A DNA stretch of 64,000 nt from Ktedonobacterales bacterium (GTDB lineage Bacteria; Chloroflexota; Ktedonobacteria; Ktedonobacterales; DATBGS01), in assembly GCA_036557885.1 (NCBI GenBank), contig DATBGS010000084.1, positions 2,314-66,313 on the forward strand, read 5' to 3'. Below the pieces are notes generated by a model. It was given only the letters and a program-made list of their open reading frames with translations. It searched no databases and was not told the DNA's origin. Positions 1-9,135 of the stretch are shown piece by piece. The position numbers and the translations under genes are program-made. Numbering within the stretch: position 1 is the stretch's first letter; every line of letters starts with the position of its first letter.

Positions 1-96
1 CACACTATTTGCGATTTGTCAAGCATTTTCTCCAACTTTCTTCAGCTTACGCATAGTATCTCTTTCCTATGCCTGGTACCCAACAAACCAGAAGAG

Positions 97-125
97 TAGA
101 CAAACGAACTGACGCCTTGTACAAT
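97..125 (+). promoter_or_regulatory. candidate sigma-70-type promoter upstream of the peptide-binding-protein gene
   Basis: TAGACA (97-102), 17-nt spacer and TACAAT (120-125) read directly. It implies a ~180-nt leader before ATG 307. No other support. Confidence 0.3.
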
Positions 126-306
126 GGGGCAACTTATTAAACGAAGCAGCTTGAAATCCCTGGATTAACTGCTGATGCCTGCGTACCAGATACGCTCTGC
201 GCTCATTTTCTCCACCGGGTAGTTGGGGCTGTGCGAGAGGTGTCCGAAAATGCACGTGGGAGCGTGTTTAGCCGCACGCTTTGCCTGTTCTGTGGAGGAA
301 TGCAAG

Positions 307-2058
307 ATGCACAAGACTACCAGCCCCATTACTCAAGCGCGCCGATTCGCGCTTGCTTCTCTGGTCGTCATGGCCTTCATTCTGGTGGGCTGTGGTGCCA
401 ACAATGCAAATGGAGCACGTCTTGCCGCCGATCAAACGTTTATCTGGCCTCTGACCCACGCATCCAGCTTTGATGATCTGATTGTTGACCCGCCCAACAC
501 GCCAGATGTGTACTCTGCCGGAGTGGTTGACCTCGTTTTTGGTCATCTGGTGACTACCGATCAGAACCTCAACGTTATTCCCGACATGGCTACCTGGGAC
601 ATCAGCACTGATGGACTACAATACACGTTCCATATACGGCCTGATCTCCATTTTAGCGATGGCACCCCCCTGACCGCCCAGGATTTTGCCTACAGCATTG
701 ACCGGGCACTCGACCCCCAGGTCTGTGTCCCTATTGCTGGTCCAGGCTGCCATCCGCGCAGTACCGCCTTGTTCGATATTGCGGGGGCAACTGACCGGGT
801 GGCCGGGCGTATCGCCTCCGATATTGGGGTTGGCCTGTTCGTCTCGGACGCGCAAACGCTGCTGATCAAGCTGGCTCATCCAGCCGCCCACTTCCTGGAG
901 ACGATGACCTCAAACGCGGTGGTGCCGTTGGAGCGCACGCTGCTTGAGAAATACGGGGTAGATCACAAGAATCACACCGACTGGACCTATCATCTCGATG
1001 AAGGAGGGGACAGCGGTCCTTTCATCCTCAACTCCTACGGCGATGGCAAGACCCTGACCTTTACTGCGAATCCGTACTGGCATGGACCCAAACTCACCCT
1101 CAAACGCATCATCAGGCCAATCGTCCTGGATTTGACCGATGCCTATACGGGCTATAAGCAAGGCCAGTACGATTACGCGGATGTTCCCCCCCAGGACTAC
1201 CTATCTGCCAGAGATCAGAGCGACTATCACGAAATTGGGCTGCTCTCCGTACAATTTCTGGGCATCAATCAGCTTGCGCCTCCCTTTAACAATGTGCAGG
1301 TGCGGCAGGCGTTTGCCCTGGCGCTCAACAAACAGTTGATCGCTGATCGCGTGCTCAATGGCTCTTCAGTCCCAACCAACCATATCGTCCCCCAGGGCCA
1401 GCCAGGTTTCTATGGTGAGTTGACAGCCCCAGGCAGCAGCACCCGTACCGTCACTGGCGATAGTGCGCAGGCACAGGAACTCATCAAGGGCTATTTCACC
1501 CAATGCGGGTGCCAGTCATTGACCGTCACCCTCACCTATCCCAATGACTCCAAACGCACACCAGTGGCACAGGCCATGATTCAGATGTGGCAAACGCTCC
1601 TCAGCGGCACCTGGGGACAGGTAACGGTGGTTCCGCAGGCAGTGAGTTTCCAAACATTGGCGGTCACAGATTTTAATGCCACGCTGAACCACGCCGGTCC
1701 TCTCCAGATGTGGCTGATCGGATTGAGCACCGCCTCCCCCGATCCCTTTAACTGGTTAAACGGCGTCTTTTCCCCAACAGGTTCCCTGAACGTGTTTAAC
1801 TATCGGGATGACGGAACCAAATACACAGCCTGGTCGCTGGTGCAGCAGGCCGATGCTGAACTGGACCTGGACAAGCGCCTGGCTCTCTACAACCAGGCCG
1901 AGCAGCAGTTGGTCAACGCGGCGCTGGAGGTTCCCTACGCCCAGGATAAAGCCTTGTGGCGCCTCCGCTCCTATATTCAGGGCTTTAACCCAACCGCGTT
2001 GCAAGTGGTCCCAATTCCCGAACTGGCGTGGGCTAACGTCAGCGTGCTAGCACATTAA
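307..2058 (+). CDS. ABC transporter substrate-binding lipoprotein, family 5 (peptide/nickel, OppA/DppA-like)
   Basis: ORF 223-2058, with the start moved to ATG 307 where a lipoprotein signal (LVVMAFILVGC) begins. Length and sequence are typical of family-5 solute-binding proteins. No permease or ATPase genes follow. Confidence 0.85.
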   Translation: MHKTTSPITQARRFALASLVVMAFILVGCGANNANGARLAADQTFIWPLTHASSFDDLIVDPPNTPDVYSAGVVDLVFGHLVTTDQNLNVIPDMATWDISTDGLQYTFHIRPDLHFSDGTPLTAQDFAYSIDRALDPQVCVPIAGPGCHPRSTALFDIAGATDRVAGRIASDIGVGLFVSDAQTLLIKLAHPAAHFLETMTSNAVVPLERTLLEKYGVDHKNHTDWTYHLDEGGDSGPFILNSYGDGKTLTFTANPYWHGPKLTLKRIIRPIVLDLTDAYTGYKQGQYDYADVPPQDYLSARDQSDYHEIGLLSVQFLGINQLAPPFNNVQVRQAFALALNKQLIADRVLNGSSVPTNHIVPQGQPGFYGELTAPGSSTRTVTGDSAQAQELIKGYFTQCGCQSLTVTLTYPNDSKRTPVAQAMIQMWQTLLSGTWGQVTVVPQAVSFQTLAVTDFNATLNHAGPLQMWLIGLSTASPDPFNWLNGVFSPTGSLNVFNYRDDGTKYTAWSLVQQADAELDLDKRLALYNQAEQQLVNAALEVPYAQDKALWRLRSYIQGFNPTALQVVPIPELAWANVSVLAH

Positions 2059-2064
2059 CGCGAA

Positions 2065-2108
2065 CTGGTTTGCTGCCGCGCTGTTTTCAAGGACCGGCAG
2101 CAAACCAG
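2065..2108. terminator. 14-bp perfect hairpin between convergent genes (possible bidirectional terminator)
   Basis: CTGGTTTGCTGCCG (2065-2078) pairs with CGGCAGCAAACCAG (2095-2108) around a 16-nt loop. It lies between the stop at 2058 (+) and the stop at 2135 (-). No strong T-run. Confidence 0.5.
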
Positions 2109-2134
2109 CCTGCTTCAGCCTGCTTCTGCCTGCT

Positions 2135-2968
2135 TCACTTCGAGGCCATTGCCAGCCCCAAGAGGCGACGCGCTTCAGCGGGTGTGGCGACCTCGCGCCC
2201 CAACTCTTCGGCTATACGAACGACACGCGCTACCAGTTCGGCATTGCTTGCTGCCAGCCGCCCCTTGGAGTACCAGACGTTATCCTCAAAGCCGACGCGC
2301 ACATGCCCGCCCAGCACGATTGCCAGCGCCGCCATCGGCAACTGCTGCCGCCCAATGGCTGTCACCGTCCAGGGCATGCCAGCGGGGATTGATTCAGCGA
2401 GAAAGAGCAGATTTTTGGGCGAGGCAGGAAACGCTCCAGGCACGCCCAGCACAAAATTAAAGCGAATGGGGTCTTGCAGCACGCCTTCCTTCTGGAGCAG
2501 CAGCGCAGTGGCAATCATCCCCGGCTCAAAGACCTCCACTTCGGGCGAGATGCCGCGCTCGGCCATACGCCGGGCCAACTGGCGGATAAAGGCGAGCGGG
2601 TTGCTAAAAACTTCGTCGCCAAAGTTGCAGGTGCCGCAGGTCAGCGAGGCCATCTCTGGCGGGTCGGGTGTTTCCAGCGGGCCGCTGCGCTCCTCAAGCG
2701 TCATCCAGGCCGCGCCGCCAGTGGAGCACATCGTAATGATGTCCGGGCAGCGCCGCCGCACCGCTGCCAGAATCGCGGCATAGGTTTCCATCGCCTGCGT
2801 CGCGTGTCCCTCTGCATCGCGGGCGTGCAAATGGGCCACCGCCGCGCCCGCCTCACGGCAGGCAGCCACCGCCTCGGCAATCTCCCCTGGCTGAAGTGGC
2901 AGCGCCGGATTATCAGCGCGTGTGGTTTCGGCCCCGGTGGGCGCGACGGTGATCACCAGTTTATCCAT
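2135..2968 (-). CDS. kce: 3-keto-5-aminohexanoate cleavage enzyme (BKACE / DUF849 family)
   Basis: ORF 2135-3112 trimmed to ATG 2968 (MDKLVITVAPTGAE). BKACE-type blocks ITVAPTG, HLHARD and GGHVRVGFEDN are present. There is an 8-nt overlap with the kamE stop. Confidence 0.85.
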   Translation of the reverse strand: MDKLVITVAPTGAETTRADNPALPLQPGEIAEAVAACREAGAAVAHLHARDAEGHATQAMETYAAILAAVRRRCPDIITMCSTGGAAWMTLEERSGPLETPDPPEMASLTCGTCNFGDEVFSNPLAFIRQLARRMAERGISPEVEVFEPGMIATALLLQKEGVLQDPIRFNFVLGVPGAFPASPKNLLFLAESIPAGMPWTVTAIGRQQLPMAALAIVLGGHVRVGFEDNVWYSKGRLAASNAELVARVVRIAEELGREVATPAEARRLLGLAMASK

Positions 2969-3743
2969 GTGCGCGCTCCTCCTGGCTTTTCTGGTCCTGT
3001 TGACGGACGGCTGCTTCATGGCGGGCCACCAGTTCTTGCGCCAGATAGCTTGCCACCAGTGTTGCCGTCGTGCCAGGGCCAAAGCCCGCGTCGTAGCCAA
3101 GCTCTTTGGCAAAGGGATGTGACAGGCGTGGCCCGCCCACCACCATCAGATACCTGCCGCGCACGCCCTCAGCCTCGGCCAGTTCCACCAGTTTGGTCAG
3201 TTGGTGGATATGCACGTTTTTCTGTGTCACCACCTGCGAAACCAGAATGGCATCGGCCTGCTCAGCCTCAGCCCGCCGCAGCAGCACCTCGCAGGAAACC
3301 TGCGCGCCCAGGTTGACCGCCCGAAACTCCGGGTAGCGCTCCAGGCCGTAATGCCCGGCAAAGCCTTTGGCGTTAAAGATCGCGTCAATGCCAACCGTAT
3401 GCGCGTCGCTCTCGATGGCCGCGCCAATCACCACGACCTTGCGCCCCAGCCTGGCGCGAATCAGATCGTTAATCTCTTCAAAGCTGAGTTCTGCATGCTC
3501 GATGGCTTCCACGCTGAAGCTGTCTGGGTCCAGGGTGTGGCTGCACGCGCCATAGACCACAAAGAACGAGAAGCCGCTTTCCAGCGCCTCAGCATGCGCA
3601 ATGGTGGGCGAGGGAATGCCCATCATCACGGCATAGCGCCGCGCTGCCTCGCGTGCGCGGGCATCCAGAGAAAGCGGGAGCGTAAACGAAAGCTGCACCA
3701 CACCATCGTTGGCGGTGTCCCCATAGGGGCGAATCTGGGGCAT
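2961..3743 (-). CDS. kamE: lysine 5,6-aminomutase beta subunit (B12-binding)
   Basis: The N-terminus IRPYGDTANDGVVQLSFTLPL and the B12-binding DxHxxG block (SDAHTVGIDAI), plus VSQVVTQKNVH and GYDAGFGPG, closely follow clostridial KamE as recalled. Confidence 0.9.
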   Translation of the reverse strand: MPQIRPYGDTANDGVVQLSFTLPLSLDARAREAARRYAVMMGIPSPTIAHAEALESGFSFFVVYGACSHTLDPDSFSVEAIEHAELSFEEINDLIRARLGRKVVVIGAAIESDAHTVGIDAIFNAKGFAGHYGLERYPEFRAVNLGAQVSCEVLLRRAEAEQADAILVSQVVTQKNVHIHQLTKLVELAEAEGVRGRYLMVVGGPRLSHPFAKELGYDAGFGPGTTATLVASYLAQELVARHEAAVRQQDQKSQEERAHG

Positions 3744-3749
3744 AGGTTG

Positions 3750-5339
3750 TTATCCTCTTTCAGCCGCCCCCTGCGGCGCGGGTGAGTGCTCTTGAATCAC
3801 TTCCAACAGCATCTCATAAAACGGATTGCAATAGCTGGCGTCCCTGGCAACCACGCCTTCCAGCCCGCGCCCGTCATCAGGTGAACGGCGAATGTCGGCA
3901 AACAATCCTTGGGACAAGCCGTTGAAGAGGCCGCCCAGCGCCTCAAACTGGTGCAGCAGATCAACGGCTTTGCGCAGCAGTTCATTGGCGCGTTGGGCAA
4001 CCAGACTGTCTTCGCGCCAGGTGAACTGCTCGCCCAGGTCGCGGGCCGCGTCAAACGTGTAGCGTGCCGCGCGGATGCTCACAAAGCGGTCTTGCAGGAG
4101 CGGCGTGTGTATCGCCTCTGTTGGCATACCCAACAGTTGAATCCCCTGGCCCGTCAAAGCGCCGACGAGATTAAAGAAGCCATCCAGCAGATGCCCGCGA
4201 AAGATGTCGCCGGTCATGTGCTTGGTGGGCGGCATATATTTGATGGGGCTGCGCGGGAAGAGGTCGCGGATAAGCTGCGCCGAAGCAATTTCATAGAGCA
4301 GGTGGTTGGGCGTATCAGGGTTAATCTCGAAGGCATGGCCCAGCCCAATCTGCTCCTCTGGCAAGCCCGCCTCCAGCGCCAGCCGCTCGTTGAGAAACTG
4401 CGAGGCAATCACCGTATGGCCTGATTGCAGGGCATCCGCCGTTGTCAGGTAGTTATCTTCGCCCGTGTTGATGATGATGCCAGCGGCGGCATTGATGCGC
4501 CGCGAAAAATGCTGGTCAATCAGCGTGCGCTGCATATTAATATCGCGGAAGATAATGCCATAGAGCGAATCATTAAGCATCATATCCAGCCGCTCCAGCG
4601 CCCCCATTGCCGCTATTTCCGGCATGCACAGGCCAGAGCAGTAGTTGGTCAGCCGCACATAGCGCCCAAGCTCCGCGCTCACCTCATCCAACGCCGCGCG
4701 CATCAGCCGGAAGTTTTCCTGCGTGGCGTAGGTGCCGCCAAAGCCCTCAGTTGTTGCGCCGTAGGGCACATAATCGAGCAGGCTTTGCGCCGTCGAGCGA
4801 ATCACGGCGACGATGTCCGCGCCCTGGCGTGCTGCTGCCTTCGCCTGCACGATGTCCTCATAGATATTGCCGGTGGCAACAATCACGTAAATCCAGGGCT
4901 GCGGTGGATTGCCTCTGGTTGCCAGAAGCTCGTCGCGCTCGCGGCGGCTGGCGCGGATACGCTGCACCCCGGCATAGGCCAGCCGCTCTGCCAATGCGCG
5001 CACCTGCGCAGGCAGCGGCGCCGGGACAGGCGCAAGCTGCACCTCGCCTGCGGCAATGGCCTGGGCCAGCGGCTGCACCTCCAGCCCGGTTTGGAGCATG
5101 GCAGCCGCAAAGGGCGCCAGAACCCCACCAGGCAGCAGCGCACGCGCGCGCTCCACAACCACATTGGGCAGCGGCACATCTACGCTGTCTACACCATCTA
5201 CTCCGATCAGACGTAAGACGGTGCGCTCAATGGCAACAGTGGTATGCCCGGCGATCAAGTCCAGCACCGGGCGAGCAATGCGGCTGGCAGCGGCACGCGC
5301 CTCGTCCACCAGCGCGGTATTGAGGGTGAGATGGGGCAT
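3750..5339 (-). CDS. kamD: lysine 5,6-aminomutase alpha subunit
   Basis: ORF 3750-5759 trimmed to ATG 5339 (MPHLTLNTALVDEAR). Long blocks (WIYVIVATGNIYEDI, GADIVAVIRSTAQSLLDYVPYGATTEGFGGTYATQENFRLMR, NYCSGLCMPEIAAMGA) match KamD as recalled. The stop is 6 nt upstream of the kamE start. Confidence 0.9.
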   Translation of the reverse strand: MPHLTLNTALVDEARAAASRIARPVLDLIAGHTTVAIERTVLRLIGVDGVDSVDVPLPNVVVERARALLPGGVLAPFAAAMLQTGLEVQPLAQAIAAGEVQLAPVPAPLPAQVRALAERLAYAGVQRIRASRRERDELLATRGNPPQPWIYVIVATGNIYEDIVQAKAAARQGADIVAVIRSTAQSLLDYVPYGATTEGFGGTYATQENFRLMRAALDEVSAELGRYVRLTNYCSGLCMPEIAAMGALERLDMMLNDSLYGIIFRDINMQRTLIDQHFSRRINAAAGIIINTGEDNYLTTADALQSGHTVIASQFLNERLALEAGLPEEQIGLGHAFEINPDTPNHLLYEIASAQLIRDLFPRSPIKYMPPTKHMTGDIFRGHLLDGFFNLVGALTGQGIQLLGMPTEAIHTPLLQDRFVSIRAARYTFDAARDLGEQFTWREDSLVAQRANELLRKAVDLLHQFEALGGLFNGLSQGLFADIRRSPDDGRGLEGVVARDASYCNPFYEMLLEVIQEHSPAPQGAAERG

Positions 5340-5453
5340 AGCGCCTCCAGAAAGACTAGAAAGAGTGCATGGACAGCAAGCAAAGCCGATGATGGTTATG
5401 AGTGCTGAGCCTATGGTACCATAGAGAAGAAGTCGTTTCATCCAGGAGTCAGT

Positions 5454-6062
5454 ATGTTTGAATGGCTGCCACAGCCCATGCAAGACGAGATTGAGCAGCT
5501 TGCCACGCGCTACGGAAAGCCGCTGCGCCATGTCACCGATCAGGCCGCTCGGTACGTGTACGAAGCCAACTATCTGCAAGGGCCGCTGCGCCGCCAGGCG
5601 GAAGTGTGTATGGTGGTGCAGCGCGGCGCCAATCGCCTGCTGACCTTTCGCAAGCCGTTTTATCCGCAGGGAGCCTGGCGTCTGCTCACCGGAGGGGTCA
5701 ACCCAGGCGAGGCCATCCTTGACGCCCTTCAGCGCGAGGCAGAGGAAGAAACCGGCCACAGATTGCTAGTGCTGCGCTTTCTCTGCGCGATTGAATACCA
5801 GGGGGCAGAGCAAGCCCGCTTCGCCACCTTTGCTTTTCTGCTGGATGGCGCTGACCGGGCGCTTAGCCCCATTGACCAGGACGAGCAAGTTGAGGCATTC
5901 CGCGAAATTGAGGTTGCCGACCTGCCCCAGATAGCCGACTTCTTAGCGCAGATCGCGCCGGTCTATAGCTCCGAACTGGAAACACTGTGGAGCGAATGGG
6001 GCATCTTCCGCGCAGTGGTGCATCGGCAAGTCTGGGAACGCTTGCAGGCTCAGGTACAATAA
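5454..6062 (+). CDS. NUDIX hydrolase
   Basis: Nudix box GGVNPGEAILDALQREAEEETG. GGAG lies 7 nt upstream of ATG 5454. Confidence 0.8.
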   Translation: MFEWLPQPMQDEIEQLATRYGKPLRHVTDQAARYVYEANYLQGPLRRQAEVCMVVQRGANRLLTFRKPFYPQGAWRLLTGGVNPGEAILDALQREAEEETGHRLLVLRFLCAIEYQGAEQARFATFAFLLDGADRALSPIDQDEQVEAFREIEVADLPQIADFLAQIAPVYSSELETLWSEWGIFRAVVHRQVWERLQAQVQ

Positions 6063-6118
6063 GACTGATTGCACCAGCACGCAATATTTGTCGAGCATCG
6101 GCTAGAAAAGGAAGCGAG

Positions 6119-6943
6119 ATGTTGCAGGTCAAAACTCCCGCGTTTGTGATGATTGATGGCCGCAAAATGGCCTACGATGAGGTCAGCCCCGCCAATCCGA
6201 AAGGCACCATGCTGCTGCTCACCGGCCTGGGGTCCAAACGGCTTGGCTGGTATAGGCAGCTCAACGTCTTTGGGGAGCAGTATCGCACGATTGCCCTGGA
6301 CCACCGCGATACTGGCGACAGCGACCCTTCGTCCGGTCCCTACACCACTGCCGATCAAGCCGATGATGCGGCAAAAGTGTTGAAAGCGCTGGGCATTGCG
6401 CGCGCCCATGTGATTGGCATCTCGATGGGTGGCTTTATTGCGCTGGAATTGACGCTGCGCCACCCGGAGATGGTAGACAAACTGGTGCTCACGTCTACCT
6501 CAGCCGGTGGCCCAACGCATGTGCAGCCAGGCCAGGAGATGACGGCCATGCTGATGCGTGACCGCAGCGGCATTGAGGTGGGCGAAATGGCAAAGCAAAA
6601 TTACCGCATGATCATGGCACCCGGCTACTGCGAAAGCCATCCCGATGAGTGGGAAAGGATTGCCGAAAACGCCCGCTATCGCCCACAAACAATGGAAATG
6701 TATCTGCGCCAGTTACAGGCGTGTATGGGAAACAATGCCTCTGATCGGCTGGCCCAGATCAAAGCCCGCACGCTCGTGGTGCATGGCGATGTAGACCCGC
6801 TGGTACCACCCGATAATGGGCGCTACCTGGCCGCGCACATTCCCGGCGCCAGGCTCATTATGTATCATAACGTCGGCCATATTCCCATCATCGAGCGGGC
6901 CGACGACTATAACCGCGAAGTGCTGGCGTTTCTTGAAAGTTAG
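6119..6943 (+). CDS. alpha/beta-fold hydrolase
   Basis: ORF 5987-6943 trimmed to ATG 6119 (RBS GGAAGCGAG). Nucleophile elbow GISMGG; a late H is present in NVGHIP. Confidence 0.8.
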   Translation: MLQVKTPAFVMIDGRKMAYDEVSPANPKGTMLLLTGLGSKRLGWYRQLNVFGEQYRTIALDHRDTGDSDPSSGPYTTADQADDAAKVLKALGIARAHVIGISMGGFIALELTLRHPEMVDKLVLTSTSAGGPTHVQPGQEMTAMLMRDRSGIEVGEMAKQNYRMIMAPGYCESHPDEWERIAENARYRPQTMEMYLRQLQACMGNNASDRLAQIKARTLVVHGDVDPLVPPDNGRYLAAHIPGARLIMYHNVGHIPIIERADDYNREVLAFLES

Positions 6944-6980
6944 TAACACGCTGGCGCAGAGATAACAGGCGAGGATTTTG

Positions 6981-7826
6981 ATGACGACACCTTCATCACA
7001 CAACAAAAATGGACCAATTGGCGTCTTTGATTCCGGCACTGGCGGGCTGACCGTATTGATTGAATTGATGCGCGAACTGCCCAACGAGCGCTTTGTCTTC
7101 TTTGGCGACACGGCGCATTGTCCCTTTGGCAAGCGCAGCGCCGAAGAGATCAAGGACTTTGCCGCTGCTGCCGCCGAGTTTTTTTTGAGCCAGGGCGCCA
7201 AGCTGATCGTCCTCGCCTGCAACTATGCCTCGGTTGTCGCCAGAGAAACGCTGCGCCAGCGTTATCCGGTTCCGTTTGTGGCCGTCGTGCCCGCCGTCAA
7301 GCCCGCCGCGCAAGCCACCAAAAGCGGGCATATTGGGGTGATGGCAACCGATGCCGTCTCGCGCAATCCGCTCTTTCTGGAGTTGGTGGAGGAACTGCGC
7401 AATGGTGTGCAGACCACCACGATTGGCTGCACGCGCCTGGTGGAGCACTGCGAGGCCGGGGAACTGGATGGCCCCAAGGTTGAGGCCACCATCCATGACT
7501 ATATTGACCTACTGTTGGCGGCGGGCGTGGATACGCTGGTGCTGGGCTGCACCCATTTTCCGCTGCTGCGCGCGCCCATTCAGCGCGTGGCTGGCCCAAA
7601 CGTCACGGTGATTGACAGCGGCGCGGCAGTGGCGCGGCAGGCGCGGCGGGTGCTGGAGCAAGATAGCATGCTGCGCGACGTCAGGGCGCCGCTTAACGGC
7701 CATAAGCGGCTAGAAGTGAATTGCAGCGGCGACCCGCGTGATTTTGCTCAGGTTGCCTCAATGATTTTGGGACGGCGCGTGGCGGTGCGGCAGGCGCTGG
7801 CGCCCGTCTCAGAGGCAAAAGTGTAG
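6981..7826 (+). CDS. murI: glutamate racemase
   Basis: IGVFDSGTGGLTVL, the ACNYAS block and the GCTHFP block. ATG 6981 follows TTG 6978 in frame. Confidence 0.9.
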   Translation: MTTPSSHNKNGPIGVFDSGTGGLTVLIELMRELPNERFVFFGDTAHCPFGKRSAEEIKDFAAAAAEFFLSQGAKLIVLACNYASVVARETLRQRYPVPFVAVVPAVKPAAQATKSGHIGVMATDAVSRNPLFLELVEELRNGVQTTTIGCTRLVEHCEAGELDGPKVEATIHDYIDLLLAAGVDTLVLGCTHFPLLRAPIQRVAGPNVTVIDSGAAVARQARRVLEQDSMLRDVRAPLNGHKRLEVNCSGDPRDFAQVASMILGRRVAVRQALAPVSEAKV

Positions 7827-7841
7827 GTAGGAGGAAGCTAT

Positions 7842-8201
7842 TTGAGCCAATCTATTCACGAAAATTTTGAGGAATTACGCAAAGCCGTGCTGGAAGAGCC
7901 TGGCGTTACCAGCCCGGAGGAGCGAGCGCGCATTGCCAACTGGAGCAGCAACCCAGACCAGGTGCCTGCCAATCAGCAGTTTCCTGAACCATTGGCAAAA
8001 CTGCTCAACAAAGTAGCGCGCTACGCCTATACAGTAACCGATGAGGATGTGCAGGCAGTGCTGGATGCGGGCTATGCTGAGGATGCTGTATTTGAGATGA
8101 TCTTGAGCGCGGCAGTGGGGTCCGCCCGCGTCAGATACGAGTATGGCATGGCTGCTCTGCGCGCGACGAAAGGGACAGGCGATGCGACTAGCCATTCTTG
8201 A
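7842..8201 (+). CDS. hypothetical protein (small, helical; function unknown)
   Basis: 119-codon ORF with TTG start and AGGAGGA 7 nt upstream. No motif I can name. Confidence 0.5.
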   Translation: MSQSIHENFEELRKAVLEEPGVTSPEERARIANWSSNPDQVPANQQFPEPLAKLLNKVARYAYTVTDEDVQAVLDAGYAEDAVFEMILSAAVGSARVRYEYGMAALRATKGTGDATSHS

Positions 8202-8260
8202 GCTATGGGTTCCAGATAACTTCGCCGTTTTATCGGCGCTTTTTTTAGTACCTTTTCCAC

Positions 8261-8289
8261 TTGATAATACCACGCAGATTTGATACACT
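8261..8289 (+). promoter_or_regulatory. candidate promoter of the toxin-antitoxin operon
   Basis: TTGATA (8261-8266), 17-nt spacer, TACACT (8284-8289). An inverted repeat GCTGTT-n6-AACAGC at 8311-8328 lies between the promoter and ATG 8351 and is a possible operator. Confidence 0.45.
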
Positions 8290-8350
8290 TTATATGAGAA
8301 GATTGTTTGTGCTGTTTTCCTGAACAGCTTTCCCCATAAAAGGGTGATCT

Positions 8351-8641
8351 ATGGATACAAAAAAGGTGGCGACTGTCCGCAAAACCTTTGAGCTTCATGA
8401 GCCAGCAGCCAGGGCGCTTGACACCCTGGTAGAAGCGGGTCTGGCCCGAAGCGCAACGGCTCTTATTGAGGAGCTTGTGTTGCGTGAAGCAAAGCGTCTG
8501 GAATATGAGCGCCGCCAGGCTGAACTAGAACACATGTATGCAGAGATGTACGCTGATCCTACCTATAAGCAAGAGCAGGAAGAAATCGAAGCCATCTTTG
8601 CCACAGCACTACTAGATGGGCTGGAGGGGGAGCCGCAATGA
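8351..8641 (+). CDS. ribbon-helix-helix type antitoxin
   Basis: The N-terminal VRKTFELHEPAARALDTLVEAGLARSATALIEELVL fits a beta-strand plus two helices. There is a 4-nt ATGA overlap with the downstream MazF-like gene. Confidence 0.7.
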   Translation: MDTKKVATVRKTFELHEPAARALDTLVEAGLARSATALIEELVLREAKRLEYERRQAELEHMYAEMYADPTYKQEQEEIEAIFATALLDGLEGEPQ

Positions 8642-9042
8642 GTGACCCCCCTCTGCGGCGGTGGTCTGTGGTACGGGTAGACCTTGGACAAACGGGCGTT
8701 ACTGATCTACGTGGCCACGAGCAAGCGGGAATACGGCCAGCTATCATCGTTTCTAACGAAGCGTTCAACCGCCATAGTGGTTTATTTACTGTTGTGCCGC
8801 TAACTACCGAAAAAGAACATCGCCCCGCTCGCCCAAATGAAGTGCTTTTGCCAACGGGAACAGGCGGAGTCCCTTATACCTCTATTGCGCTCCCTCATCA
8901 AATACGCACCCTCCCTGCCCTGCGTGTGAAGCCGCCACTCTATGGGCGTATTCTGGATAAATCGCTCCGGCTCGCCCTTGCCCAACAGGTGCTTGTGCAT
9001 CTGGGCCTGGAACAACTCGAAAACCTGAACTTTGAGCCGTAG
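8638..9042 (+). CDS. PemK/MazF-family endoribonuclease toxin
   Basis: WSVVRVDLGQTG...HEQAGIRPAIIVSNEAFN...FTVVPLT is typical of MazF/PemK. It is translationally coupled to the antitoxin. Confidence 0.85.
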   Translation: MSDPPLRRWSVVRVDLGQTGVTDLRGHEQAGIRPAIIVSNEAFNRHSGLFTVVPLTTEKEHRPARPNEVLLPTGTGGVPYTSIALPHQIRTLPALRVKPPLYGRILDKSLRLALAQQVLVHLGLEQLENLNFEP

Positions 9043-9135
9043 CTTCGCCGCGCAAGGCTCGCTCCTTGCCCTGCGGCCCTCAGCCATGCTACTATCTCAC
9101 TATCAGGAATCTTTGCCCAGGAGAAATAGCACTGC

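Noticed and set aside
1-60. Possible gene start reading leftward out of the window (ATG complement at 24-26 after GGAG)
   Set aside because: Only eight codons are visible, and the spacing to the GGAG is short. This cannot be supported.
5340-5453. Cobalamin riboswitch upstream of the B12-dependent kamDE
   Set aside because: Only 114 nt are shared with the divergent NUDIX gene. There is no B12-box-like sequence, and the space is too short for the aptamer.
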